Part shown: piece by piece, positions 7,996-16,553 of the stretch
How positions within the stretch are numbered: the stretch's first letter is position 1
How the letters are laid out: each line of letters begins with the position of its first letter
Origin: an uncultured virus (IMG/VR IMGVR_UViG_3300030618_000013)
Taxonomy: Duplodnaviria > Heunggongvirae > Uroviricota > Caudoviricetes
IMG/VR virus record: IMGVR_UViG_3300030618_000013
Length of the DNA: 20,000 nucleotides
Reading direction: 5' to 3' (one strand)
Notes under the pieces: generated by a model
What the model was told of the DNA's origin: nothing
Seen by the model: only the letters and a program-made list of their open reading frames with translations
The model's database searches: none
Translations under genes and position numbers: made by a program

Positions 7996-9231
7996 TTGCC
8001 AATTCGTGAATCAAATAACAACAGGCTACTTCCGGCCAACGCTAGGGCTGCTGATGTTGCTGAACGTATGGTTGAACACATCATACCTATGCAACAGCGC
8101 AGATACTACGATGCTTTTCGTCCGCAGGGCATAACTTGTGTGCACTTCAACAGATTGACGTCCGGTCGTAAATGCAATTGCCAAGCTAGTGCTAAACAAT
8201 TAGGTGGAATCCTAGATGAACAGGGTAAGGCCAGCACCGGCACAATCAATAGTCTGATCACGGGCCAAACTCCGTTATCGTTCAATGTGACGCCCTATAA
8301 CTTCAATCAGCAAAGGGTAACAGGTTATAACGGAGAATCCAGTCCTAATGCTCCGCAGAACAAAAATCAGGGTGTGTTCGATGTTGTGACCCTGGGCGAG
8401 GATTTCCCCCTAGCTGATATCACAGACGAAGATTCATTTGGGGACAACGGTCCAGTTTCTCCCTTATCGCTTGACGACATGGTAGGCGACTTTGATGCCT
8501 CAACTATGGGCTTTTCCGATGTAGCGTGCCCCATCTGTTTTGGATCCGGCTTCATTGGCGGATTTGCACCCTACCACGCGCATCGTCAGGTGTTTACTGT
8601 GCCTGATGTCCAGCTCCCATTAACTGGTGAAATTAATCTGGAGGATAAACCGTGGACGGCCTCAACAGAGACCGGTTTCAATGTCTTAGTTACGCTGCCC
8701 AGAGGGGCTATTGGGGTTGACGTGTTCCGAGTCTGGGACTCAGCAATTCCGGTCCCCGCTAAATTCTCTATTGACGGAAATCCGCTGACTGGCATCACGA
8801 CCTTACTGTCTTATTGCGATGGAAAGCCACATCTAGTTACTGCTACGTTTAACGGACGGTTCACCCATCTAGAACTTCAATTCAACTTGACGACAGAGAG
8901 CGTGTATTTCGAGTTCCCAAAACGTCCGACTAGCTCTAATACTGCACTGCTGGAACAGATGGAACCGTTCCAAATTATACTGAGTCCTAACCTACCCAAT
9001 ATATCGAGCATGGACGTGATCGTTGAATCACAGCTAGGTAAAGTTCTAGTGGTCCAAAACGTCAATCCTTGGCGTTCCAGATTGCAGAATGTTTTGGGTT
9101 GGGAGGTTCAAGTCCGTGTAATTCAGCCTCAAGAATTATTTCGTATCTTGCCCCACAGAGGAAGAGTTGCGACCAAGGACCGAACTACGTCAATGACCAG
9201 AGATAACGTGACAGGCCCCCGTCGCACGTAA
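7996..9231 (+). CDS. probable virion structural (neck/head-completion-like) protein with split Zn-finger
   Basis: GAGGTG RBS and TTG start; CNC ... CPICFGSGFIGGF motif typical of large-phage virion proteins; first gene after a terminator. Confidence 0.6.
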   Translation: MPIRESNNNRLLPANARAADVAERMVEHIIPMQQRRYYDAFRPQGITCVHFNRLTSGRKCNCQASAKQLGGILDEQGKASTGTINSLITGQTPLSFNVTPYNFNQQRVTGYNGESSPNAPQNKNQGVFDVVTLGEDFPLADITDEDSFGDNGPVSPLSLDDMVGDFDASTMGFSDVACPICFGSGFIGGFAPYHAHRQVFTVPDVQLPLTGEINLEDKPWTASTETGFNVLVTLPRGAIGVDVFRVWDSAIPVPAKFSIDGNPLTGITTLLSYCDGKPHLVTATFNGRFTHLELQFNLTTESVYFEFPKRPTSSNTALLEQMEPFQIILSPNLPNISSMDVIVESQLGKVLVVQNVNPWRSRLQNVLGWEVQVRVIQPQELFRILPHRGRVATKDRTTSMTRDNVTGPRRT

Positions 9232-9278
9232 TTTAACATCAGACAAGCACAGCCCAGCACATTAGCTTAAGGATGATC

Positions 9279-10562
9279 ATGGCTACCAATGCAGCCCAGA
9301 GATTGAAAGCAAGCACGACTAAAGATAAAACAGGTAACGTTAAAACGTCAAAAAATAAACCAAGAACTCAAGTCAAGGCAGCTGCTCGTATTTGTGCCTT
9401 GGAGCTACCTAAGTTCCGATATATTGACGATGTTGCTCGATTTCTTGACCAGACGGGAAGCACGGTTAAAGAATTAAGTCAGCTAAGTGGAGTCCAGCAG
9501 CAACAACTAGCAAAATTAAATCAGGCACAAATCCACACTCATCCCTGCCTAGTTAAGGCCAGCGGCTTGAGTCTAGACGGCGAGACTCAAACTGATCCTG
9601 ATCATGAGTCCTTGAAGACCTTGGTTCCCAAAATTGAACAGCTGAATACGCAATATGTATTGTCAGAAGACTTGTACGAGAAATACAGGGCTTTAGAGGC
9701 CCTAGAAACGCAGTTGGCTATACAGTTCACGGATAAGCGGGGCGAGCCTTACACGAAGGCCTACGGACTGTTAAAAGCACTGAAGGACAAGATTGGCTTT
9801 CAGTTAAAAAACGTTTTAGAATTCTTGAGCAGCGTGGCCTCACACTACGTACCTAAAGTGTTTCAGAGCTACGTATCGACATTAGTCCAAGAGCTTCAAG
9901 AGCACGTTATATTCGAGCACAAGGAACAGTTTTTGTACGTCAGTGTCAAAGACGGAGCCCTAATCTTTACGGATTACATCTTGCTAAAGAACGTAAAGAA
10001 TGATGACCTACAGGTAACGCCCCATCTCTACATCAGCCTTCAATGGACTGTGAACCAAGGAATTCAAATTCAGGTTAATCATGAATTTGACTTACCCAAT
10101 CTGTTACTAGTTGATGGCGGTTCCGAGGTTAGTTCATTGAACGAAGCCTTAGTGGTGATAGACAAACTTTTGGAACAAGAGAACTTCAGTACTAGCCTAG
10201 CTGCTATTCCACTGTCTACCAGAATGAAGAATGATCCTTCCAAGTTCAGTGCTTCTATGTTTAACTACTGTGATTATATAAAGAAAGTTGACGTTGATGC
10301 TAAATGTATATCTTTTAGACTCAAAGCGAATACTACTGTCGAACAGATAGACGAAATTAAGTATCCGCTTTATCTTGAGGTCAAACGTTTGTTTGCCAAT
10401 AGTCCGGTCGTAAAACTTAGAGTGAAGATTGGTGCGAAATTCATATCGTTTGAACCTCTAACCTCGGGTATTAAATCGGCGGTCATTCCTCATGACGCTG
10501 AGGTTTTGGGTTCCAAATTTGGATTCACGGGCCTCCAGATAGCTAAACTATTGCAGTTCTAA
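9279..10562 (+). CDS. hypothetical (probable virion) protein with two N-terminal AAxRL-type motifs
   Basis: Long ORF; AAGGA at 9269-9273 favours ATG 9279; TNAAQRLKA and VKAAARICA. Confidence 0.8.
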   Translation: MATNAAQRLKASTTKDKTGNVKTSKNKPRTQVKAAARICALELPKFRYIDDVARFLDQTGSTVKELSQLSGVQQQQLAKLNQAQIHTHPCLVKASGLSLDGETQTDPDHESLKTLVPKIEQLNTQYVLSEDLYEKYRALEALETQLAIQFTDKRGEPYTKAYGLLKALKDKIGFQLKNVLEFLSSVASHYVPKVFQSYVSTLVQELQEHVIFEHKEQFLYVSVKDGALIFTDYILLKNVKNDDLQVTPHLYISLQWTVNQGIQIQVNHEFDLPNLLLVDGGSEVSSLNEALVVIDKLLEQENFSTSLAAIPLSTRMKNDPSKFSASMFNYCDYIKKVDVDAKCISFRLKANTTVEQIDEIKYPLYLEVKRLFANSPVVKLRVKIGAKFISFEPLTSGIKSAVIPHDAEVLGSKFGFTGLQIAKLLQF

Positions 10563-10582
10563 TTAATCTAATAAGGCGAGCT

Positions 10583-11353
10583 ATGGAAGGCTTAACTAAA
10601 GTTTATGCAGCATCAAGACTGCTGGCCCTCCGTACATTTGAAGGCCCTAATTACGATCATGATGCTGTTATCAAAGAATGGCTAAGGGTTCAGGCGAAAG
10701 GTGAATTACGGATAGTCGAAACAGATAGACCTAATATTTGGCTGACCGTAGCTAGCTTTAATTATAGTTTCTATATTTTTATCCATGACGATTTACTTGA
10801 TGCTTATCCTCAAGATTCTTTAGTGGGGTTGGTGACTTTTAATAGCATTGGTGCCACACAGTTCAATGGTAAAACCATGGAGTTGAAAAGTGCCCTGGGC
10901 AACAAGCTATACACGCCTCATGCTGAGATTAATCCCGATCATCAGAAGCAGAAAATAGTATCAAGTATCTATTCATGGTTTCTTGAAGCCGGTAATTGTC
11001 TGATGACCGGTGACTCACATTCTAGAGCCGCCAACCTGTTGTGGAGGAACCTAGCTTCAGTGTTCCCTACATATCTTATTGACCTGATGGGTCTCGAAAT
11101 ATTGTCACCAAAGACTAGAGAAAGAATAGCTAAGTCACATTTGATACGACTTTTGATGCTGGGAACCTCTTTTAGTTTTGAAGACTTAAAGGACCTCGGT
11201 TCTTCAGTTAGTGCCAAACTAGTTGACGAACCTGGGTTCGGTACCACGACAGAGGATTTAAATTCAGAGCCTGATTTGTTTGGGGACCACCCTACACGAA
11301 CAGGTATGGGCGTCAATAATATAATGCTCCCAAGTACACCCGTTCAAGGATAA
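10583..11353 (+). CDS. GNAT-like acetyltransferase-fold protein with N-terminal AAxRL motif
   Basis: INPDHQKQKIVSSIY..F....CLMTGDSHSRAANLLWRNL resembles a degenerate GNAT motif A plus the S..A..LW helix of phage GNAT-like proteins; ORF certain, fold tentative. Confidence 0.5.
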   Translation: MEGLTKVYAASRLLALRTFEGPNYDHDAVIKEWLRVQAKGELRIVETDRPNIWLTVASFNYSFYIFIHDDLLDAYPQDSLVGLVTFNSIGATQFNGKTMELKSALGNKLYTPHAEINPDHQKQKIVSSIYSWFLEAGNCLMTGDSHSRAANLLWRNLASVFPTYLIDLMGLEILSPKTRERIAKSHLIRLLMLGTSFSFEDLKDLGSSVSAKLVDEPGFGTTTEDLNSEPDLFGDHPTRTGMGVNNIMLPSTPVQG

Positions 11354-11356
11354 ATC

Positions 11357-12889
11357 ATGGCCGTACCTTATGTTTATTTTAAGACACCAACAACAGATAT
11401 AGCCGTTATTGCTGATGTAACCTCAATGTTGATTGGGGCTGAGACAATCACCAGCATCGTTGTAGGTACAGCCAGTCCCGTCACTAGCACTCCTTTGTCA
11501 GCAACAGTCACGACAGGCACTAGCTCGGTAATTGGATTAACGATTACGGGCGGCAATGACGGACTTAGTTATGGCTTTCAGTTAACAATTACTACTAATG
11601 CTCGTGTATTCATCGTCACTGTCGCCACATCAGTTTCACAAGCAGAATTTATTCCTTACACCACTGAAAATCCAGATGCGTTCCAAGACTTAGTAGACGA
11701 AATAGAAGCCGGTAAAGCAGCCGTCGGAACATCCGTATTTGCGTTTCCCCCGCAAATAGACCCTTCCGGTGGTTTTGTTACCTGGGAATTTCTAGCCTCA
11801 GACGGTACTGTTTATGCCGCAGGTAATGCTTTCGACTACACTGTGCAATCAAATGGGTTGGCCAATACTGTAGTTGCCAAATCTATTATTACGGTGCCCG
11901 TTACAGTCCCACCATCATTAGATGGACAAGCCTATCAATTAAGATATACGCTAAGTCTAAGTCAAGAGTATGGAACACCACCTGATCCCACAGCAGGGAA
12001 CCTAGGCCAGAACGTATTTTTTCAATTCGAGAACGTTCGGGTGGTGGGGTTGAACACAGTTCCATTGGGTACCCAACCATCAGTCGAGCTCCAGGGTGTA
12101 CCAGCTACTGTTTCAATTGTGTTGGACACGCTATATGATAATGTGACAGTCGAATTATGGGCTGGACCCACTCAAGTAGTGGCCCCGACCCAGATTCAAG
12201 CCTATGAAAGAACTGCTAATGGTTGGTACTTTGCTGGTGTATTAGATACCTCGGGATTAGGCGTATCCCTAGTTCCCTACCAAATAATTTGGAAATACTG
12301 GGCATCAACTAATACGGGAATCATCAATCAGGAAAATGCTGATTTCTTTGTTGTTAATCCGTCGATCATGAGTGCGGTCAATGACGTTAAAGCCAAGATT
12401 AATAAGGCACGGACTACGCTTTATGGAACACCTGATATGTTGTTCCCTGCTTCAACTATTTTAACCTGGCTACGCCGTGGTGGTGACGCATTCAATATCG
12501 CTTATGGACAGTTTACTAATTTCACGTTCACAAATGCACTGGGTGGTATTCGTGAATTTTGGTTACTATGCAGTGAAGCTGCCGCCTTAGCCAGTGCTTA
12601 TCTTTCGGAGGCTGAGAAATCCTTTAATTTTCAAGGTGCAGCAATTAGTTTAGACGTAGATAGAACTCAATATTTAGAGGCTGCTGCAACTGCTATTCAA
12701 ACCCGATTAGATAACGAATTGAAGCTGATCAAAACCAATCTTATTATCAAGGGAAATACTTCAGGTGATGGATCGGTCAACGCTGGTCAACTTCAACACG
12801 GAGCAATCGGTGCCGTAGGAATTACGATTACGCAGGCCTCAATGTGGGGAGCTTATGCTCCAGGATACTTTGGAAATCGTGGAATTTAA
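11357..12889 (+). CDS. probable virion structural protein (beta-rich N-terminus; helical head-tail adaptor-like C-terminus)
   Basis: 510 aa; T/V/G-rich Ig-like composition; C-terminal FNFQGAAISLDVDRTQYL pattern reminiscent of neck proteins. Confidence 0.55.
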   Translation: MAVPYVYFKTPTTDIAVIADVTSMLIGAETITSIVVGTASPVTSTPLSATVTTGTSSVIGLTITGGNDGLSYGFQLTITTNARVFIVTVATSVSQAEFIPYTTENPDAFQDLVDEIEAGKAAVGTSVFAFPPQIDPSGGFVTWEFLASDGTVYAAGNAFDYTVQSNGLANTVVAKSIITVPVTVPPSLDGQAYQLRYTLSLSQEYGTPPDPTAGNLGQNVFFQFENVRVVGLNTVPLGTQPSVELQGVPATVSIVLDTLYDNVTVELWAGPTQVVAPTQIQAYERTANGWYFAGVLDTSGLGVSLVPYQIIWKYWASTNTGIINQENADFFVVNPSIMSAVNDVKAKINKARTTLYGTPDMLFPASTILTWLRRGGDAFNIAYGQFTNFTFTNALGGIREFWLLCSEAAALASAYLSEAEKSFNFQGAAISLDVDRTQYLEAAATAIQTRLDNELKLIKTNLIIKGNTSGDGSVNAGQLQHGAIGAVGITITQASMWGAYAPGYFGNRGI

Positions 12890-12892
12890 ACT

Positions 12893-13189
12893 ATGAAAAC
12901 AAATGCACGTCAGCGAATACTGGCCTCAACTACTACGGTTTATGCCGGTGAGGACCTAGAAAAAGAAGGTGGGTTCAAACTTAAACTGGGCACCAATATT
13001 TTCAGATGCAGTTCACCTAAAGATGCTTATGAAAAGGCCGCACGTTTTATTCATAACTTAGAGATCGCAGGTTTTAGCTACGCAAAGAAGGCATCCGAAG
13101 TTGACGGCCTGGACACGTACACCAAAGCCAATCATGAAATCTCTATTGGGGTCCACGGTGGAAACCTGAACTTAAGTTACTGGCACTAA
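12893..13189 (+). CDS. hypothetical protein with N-terminal variant tag (TNARQRILA)
   Basis: 98 aa ORF, 3 nt after the previous stop. Confidence 0.75.
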   Translation: MKTNARQRILASTTTVYAGEDLEKEGGFKLKLGTNIFRCSSPKDAYEKAARFIHNLEIAGFSYAKKASEVDGLDTYTKANHEISIGVHGGNLNLSYWH

Positions 13190-13278
13190 TTTAATAGTAA
13201 TAGTCTCACAATCACAGTCACAAGCATTCAAAAAATAAACCCATAGTAGATGTAGGTCTAGGCTCACGGAGCTCACTC

Positions 13279-13713
13279 ATGTTTAATACCGTACTTTCGT
13301 TCATTGTTCAAAATCCCATGGCCTTTGTCCTGTTGGCAATAGTGGTCATTGCCCTAATACTTTTATGGGTAGTACAACGAACTAAAGATAATTTAGACCT
13401 ACGGTCATTAATCGTTGATGAGCAAACCAAGCAACCTTCTATTCATAAACTAGGGCAACTCACGGCTCTAGTCATGAGTACTTGGCTCTTGGTGTATTTA
13501 GCGCTACAAAATCGAATGGACAGTGTGTACTTCACTACGTACATGGGGATATGGACAGCCGCCCAGGCCATCAATCAATGGACGACTAGTCGAGGACGCA
13601 CGGACTTCAGCTACGGTAGCAACCAAATCCCGGCTAATTCTAATGTGGGTGGAGTGGGAATGGGTGGACCCCAGGATAATTCAGTTACACCAGCTGGAAA
13701 TCCACCGCAATAG
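13279..13713 (+). CDS. membrane protein, holin-like
   Basis: GGAG RBS; hydrophobic segments MAFVLLAIVVIALILLWVV and LTALVMSTWLLVYLAL, possibly a third; polar tail. Confidence 0.55.
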   Translation: MFNTVLSFIVQNPMAFVLLAIVVIALILLWVVQRTKDNLDLRSLIVDEQTKQPSIHKLGQLTALVMSTWLLVYLALQNRMDSVYFTTYMGIWTAAQAINQWTTSRGRTDFSYGSNQIPANSNVGGVGMGGPQDNSVTPAGNPPQ

Positions 13714-13749
13714 AATTTATGAGTCAGTTTTGAACTATAAGGATAATTA

Positions 13750-14097
13750 ATGTACGTGCATGCAGCTCAGAGACTGAAAGCTATAGAAGATGAAGAACAA
13801 AAAGTAGAGGCTCAAATTCACGAAGGTAAAGGTGATGAGCTTCGTAAAATACAGGCCGAGTTGCGCAAGCACGGCTTAATTTATAAATTCGTACACCCAC
13901 ATTTGATGTTCCACAAGAGCAATCCAGAGGATGTTGGACGTGAGGCCGAAGCCTCTGTTGAAGTTTTGAACCGTTTAAAGTACGCCATGAATGCAAGCCC
14001 TGGAATATTCAAAAGGGTTTCGTTCGCGGTTAAGGGTAACGACGGCGTATGCTTGCAGCGCGTGCAGGTAGCGTTAAGAATTTTCTTTTCCATTTGA
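13750..14097 (+). CDS. hypothetical protein with N-terminal AAxRL motif
   Basis: AAGGA RBS; MYVHAAQRLKA. Confidence 0.8.
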   Translation: MYVHAAQRLKAIEDEEQKVEAQIHEGKGDELRKIQAELRKHGLIYKFVHPHLMFHKSNPEDVGREAEASVEVLNRLKYAMNASPGIFKRVSFAVKGNDGVCLQRVQVALRIFFSI

Positions 14098-14105
14098 GGC
14101 TAACA

Positions 14106-14594
14106 ATGACTACTGTAAATTACACGAATGCTAAAGCGGCCTTGGTTGCTGCTGGACTACCAACCAGCGCTGGCTCCAATTGGGAAGGAATTGACCAAGC
14201 ATCCTACGATAAGTTCGCTGCAGCTGCTACCTACAAAGGTGGTGTTGCATACAGCAAGTATCAAACTAATTACGGGTTTGCTTATCCATCGATCATGCCT
14301 GTATCCGTGTTGGACGCTGTAGAGATCGATGACTATCATGCAACGTTGGCCGGTACTCCATTGACTGGTGCCCATGCATCTACACCTGTTACATGGACCC
14401 TGACCGAGACCGGAGCTACAGGTACTTCGTATTCTTGGCACCTGGGTGACGGTTCATCCCCGCAGGTTACCACAGTACCTCACCTGACTTATACCTATAG
14501 TGCGGCCGGTACGTTTACAGCTTCGGTGGTCCCGACTGTTGGCGGTAACCAGGTGCCCGCAATTTCCGCTACGGCTCCGGCTATTCTATCGTAA
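14106..14594 (+). CDS. PKD (Ig-like) domain protein, probable virion surface protein
   Basis: GAGG RBS at 14096-14099; SYSWHLGDGS...TYTYSAAGTFTASV matches the PKD signature WDFGDG...HTY...G.Y. Confidence 0.8.
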   Translation: MTTVNYTNAKAALVAAGLPTSAGSNWEGIDQASYDKFAAAATYKGGVAYSKYQTNYGFAYPSIMPVSVLDAVEIDDYHATLAGTPLTGAHASTPVTWTLTETGATGTSYSWHLGDGSSPQVTTVPHLTYTYSAAGTFTASVVPTVGGNQVPAISATAPAILS

Positions 14595-14607
14595 ATAGGA
14601 ATTAATT

Positions 14608-14934
14608 ATGCTGGCGCGCAGATCACGACCAAGAGCCCGAAATGTGCATGGCGTAGCCAGCATAAAAAGAGACAGTTATTCGACGGTCAATGGGTTCACC
14701 CAGAACAATTCTTGGTGGGAACTCAGAGCCAAGGCCTATGCTAGGGATAAAGGTGTGTGCCAGGCCTTAATTAGGGGCACCCGTTGTTTAAAGCCTGGAT
14801 CTGAGGTTCACCACATACAGCCGTTAAACGCTGGTGGCACCAATAATTTATCTAACTTAATTCTTTTGTGCCAGGCCTGTCACGACCGTAGGCACCCACA
14901 TTTAGTTAGAGCAGCACAATTAAAGAAAAGATGA
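14608..14934 (+). CDS. small HNH endonuclease
   Basis: RDKGVCQ...C...EVHHIQPLNAGGTNNLSNLILLCQACHDRRH. Confidence 0.9.
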   Translation: MLARRSRPRARNVHGVASIKRDSYSTVNGFTQNNSWWELRAKAYARDKGVCQALIRGTRCLKPGSEVHHIQPLNAGGTNNLSNLILLCQACHDRRHPHLVRAAQLKKR

Positions 14935-14962
14935 ACCAACATTAGCTTCTGAAAAGGTAATT

Positions 14963-15343
14963 ATGACCATGATCACAGCAGCCCTACGCCTATTGGCAGA
15001 CGCCGATGAGAAAGGCACCAACATAGAGGCAGGTCCCGAGGACGTGGAAAACGTGCTGACCATTCTAAAAAGAATTCTAGGCATTCATTTTCTGCTGGAT
15101 GATAGATCGTCTACCAACCAGTCTTTGATCTGGCGCACTTCCGAGTATCAAGCGGTCTTGAACTTCAGTACGGTTGATGAGGACTTAAACTTTTATTTCA
15201 AGGCCTCTAAATACAAGTACGAATTAAAGGCCGAAGGCTCGGATGATCAAAGCTTACTGGCTTCAATCGGAAAAGCAGCAACGGAAGTAAATAAAAAGGT
15301 ACCTGGACTAGACGAAGTCCTGTCCCAATTGCGTGCCCTATAG
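14963..15343 (+). CDS. hypothetical protein with N-terminal AAxRL motif
   Basis: AAGG RBS; MTMITAALRLLA. Confidence 0.8.
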   Translation: MTMITAALRLLADADEKGTNIEAGPEDVENVLTILKRILGIHFLLDDRSSTNQSLIWRTSEYQAVLNFSTVDEDLNFYFKASKYKYELKAEGSDDQSLLASIGKAATEVNKKVPGLDEVLSQLRAL

Positions 15344-15356
15344 AGAGAAACCTGTC

Positions 15357-15806
15357 ATGGATAATCAAAAACTTGTAAGCCTAATTGCTTTGTTTCTTCA
15401 GATCAATCCTGAACCGTCTGATGCTCAGTTCCACGCGCTGGCTGAGTCCGTTGGTGTTGATCATGAAAGTTTAGAATCAATTGCTTATGCCATGTTGGCC
15501 GACACCAACGAAATTGAACAAGAAGTAGTGGCTGAAATAGTTCAACCACCCCAGACAGAGAGCGAAGAAGTGCTGGACGGCGAGTACGATCCGAACACAA
15601 CTAGCGTTGAAGACTTGGTGTTAAATGACGGGGCACCAGCGGGAACTACTAGCCAGCAAGCATTGCAGGATTCAACATTAAATGACGGTGTTGGCATCAA
15701 CGATGTGGGGACCGGAATTGACGGTGACAAAGATGCAATGATTAGTGACGGCGTTGCACCCATGCAACTCAAAGCCGCTTTACGTCTGACTGAAAGTGCG
15801 GGTTAA
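15357..15806 (+). CDS. acidic hypothetical protein with internal repeats and C-terminal AAxRL motif
   Basis: ATG 15357 avoids overlap; NPEPSDAQFHALAE helical domain, three D-x-x-[LI]-[NS]-D-G repeats, ends LKAALRLTESAG. Confidence 0.8.
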   Translation: MDNQKLVSLIALFLQINPEPSDAQFHALAESVGVDHESLESIAYAMLADTNEIEQEVVAEIVQPPQTESEEVLDGEYDPNTTSVEDLVLNDGAPAGTTSQQALQDSTLNDGVGINDVGTGIDGDKDAMISDGVAPMQLKAALRLTESAG

Positions 15807-15808
15807 TC

Positions 15809-16540
15809 ATGAGTCGTGAACGTGAGGAACAGACGCAGCATCCATTTCTCAGTAACTTGGGAATTCCCGTTCTGCAGCAAGCACGGAAGCCAACGATTGA
15901 AGGATTTCCGTTGGCTTTTAATCAGAACAATCGATTGGCCTGGGCTCAGGCAGTTACTGAATCGGAGGTCACAAACAATTCGATTCTTGACTGGTCTGTA
16001 GCTATTCGCAGATACGTTGATCTGTGTATGGTTCATGATTTGTTTCCGTTCCAGAACGTTAGCCAGTCACGCAATGATCAGATTTCAACGTATTTGACTG
16101 AGCGTCGTCGGGCCTTCGTCAAGTTCGTGAATCTAACCGATTTGTTTGGTAACCTATTTATCAAGTCGACTACCAGAGAGGTCAAAGTAACTGACAAAGG
16201 ATTCGTGCTAACAGTTAATGCTGATGTCAACGTAAAGGATCCAACGTTTGTTGAATGGTTGAAGCGCACACCCTACCCTAAATTCCAGTTAGACACGCTT
16301 AACGGACATTACAGGCGTCAATTGATGGACGGACTTACACTATTTGCGTACAACGACTATTCCAGATCAATGGATCAACGTTGGCATCTAGGTTACGAAA
16401 TTGTGTGTCCTATTTTCCCTGATTTGCCTACCAATCAATTGCCGTCAAAGGCAGAAATTGAGAAATTCGTGTTGGATATTTTATGGCGTCCAGTCATGAT
16501 GTCAGCACGACCGTTGAAGACCCTACGCCGTCTTATTTAA
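15809..16540 (+). CDS. hypothetical protein (243 aa)
   Basis: Long ORF abutting the previous stop; no recognisable motif. Confidence 0.8.
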   Translation: MSREREEQTQHPFLSNLGIPVLQQARKPTIEGFPLAFNQNNRLAWAQAVTESEVTNNSILDWSVAIRRYVDLCMVHDLFPFQNVSQSRNDQISTYLTERRRAFVKFVNLTDLFGNLFIKSTTREVKVTDKGFVLTVNADVNVKDPTFVEWLKRTPYPKFQLDTLNGHYRRQLMDGLTLFAYNDYSRSMDQRWHLGYEIVCPIFPDLPTNQLPSKAEIEKFVLDILWRPVMMSARPLKTLRRLI

Positions 16541-16553
16541 AAGGAAAAAAGAA

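Noticed and set aside
13205..13222. TCACA x3 at 6-nt period (and AGCAC/AGCCC/AGCAC at 9246-9260)
   Set aside because: Too short to distinguish from chance
4309..15794. AAxRL motif as a DNA-level repeat or mobile element
   Set aside because: Codons differ synonymously between copies and the frame is always preserved, so it is a peptide motif
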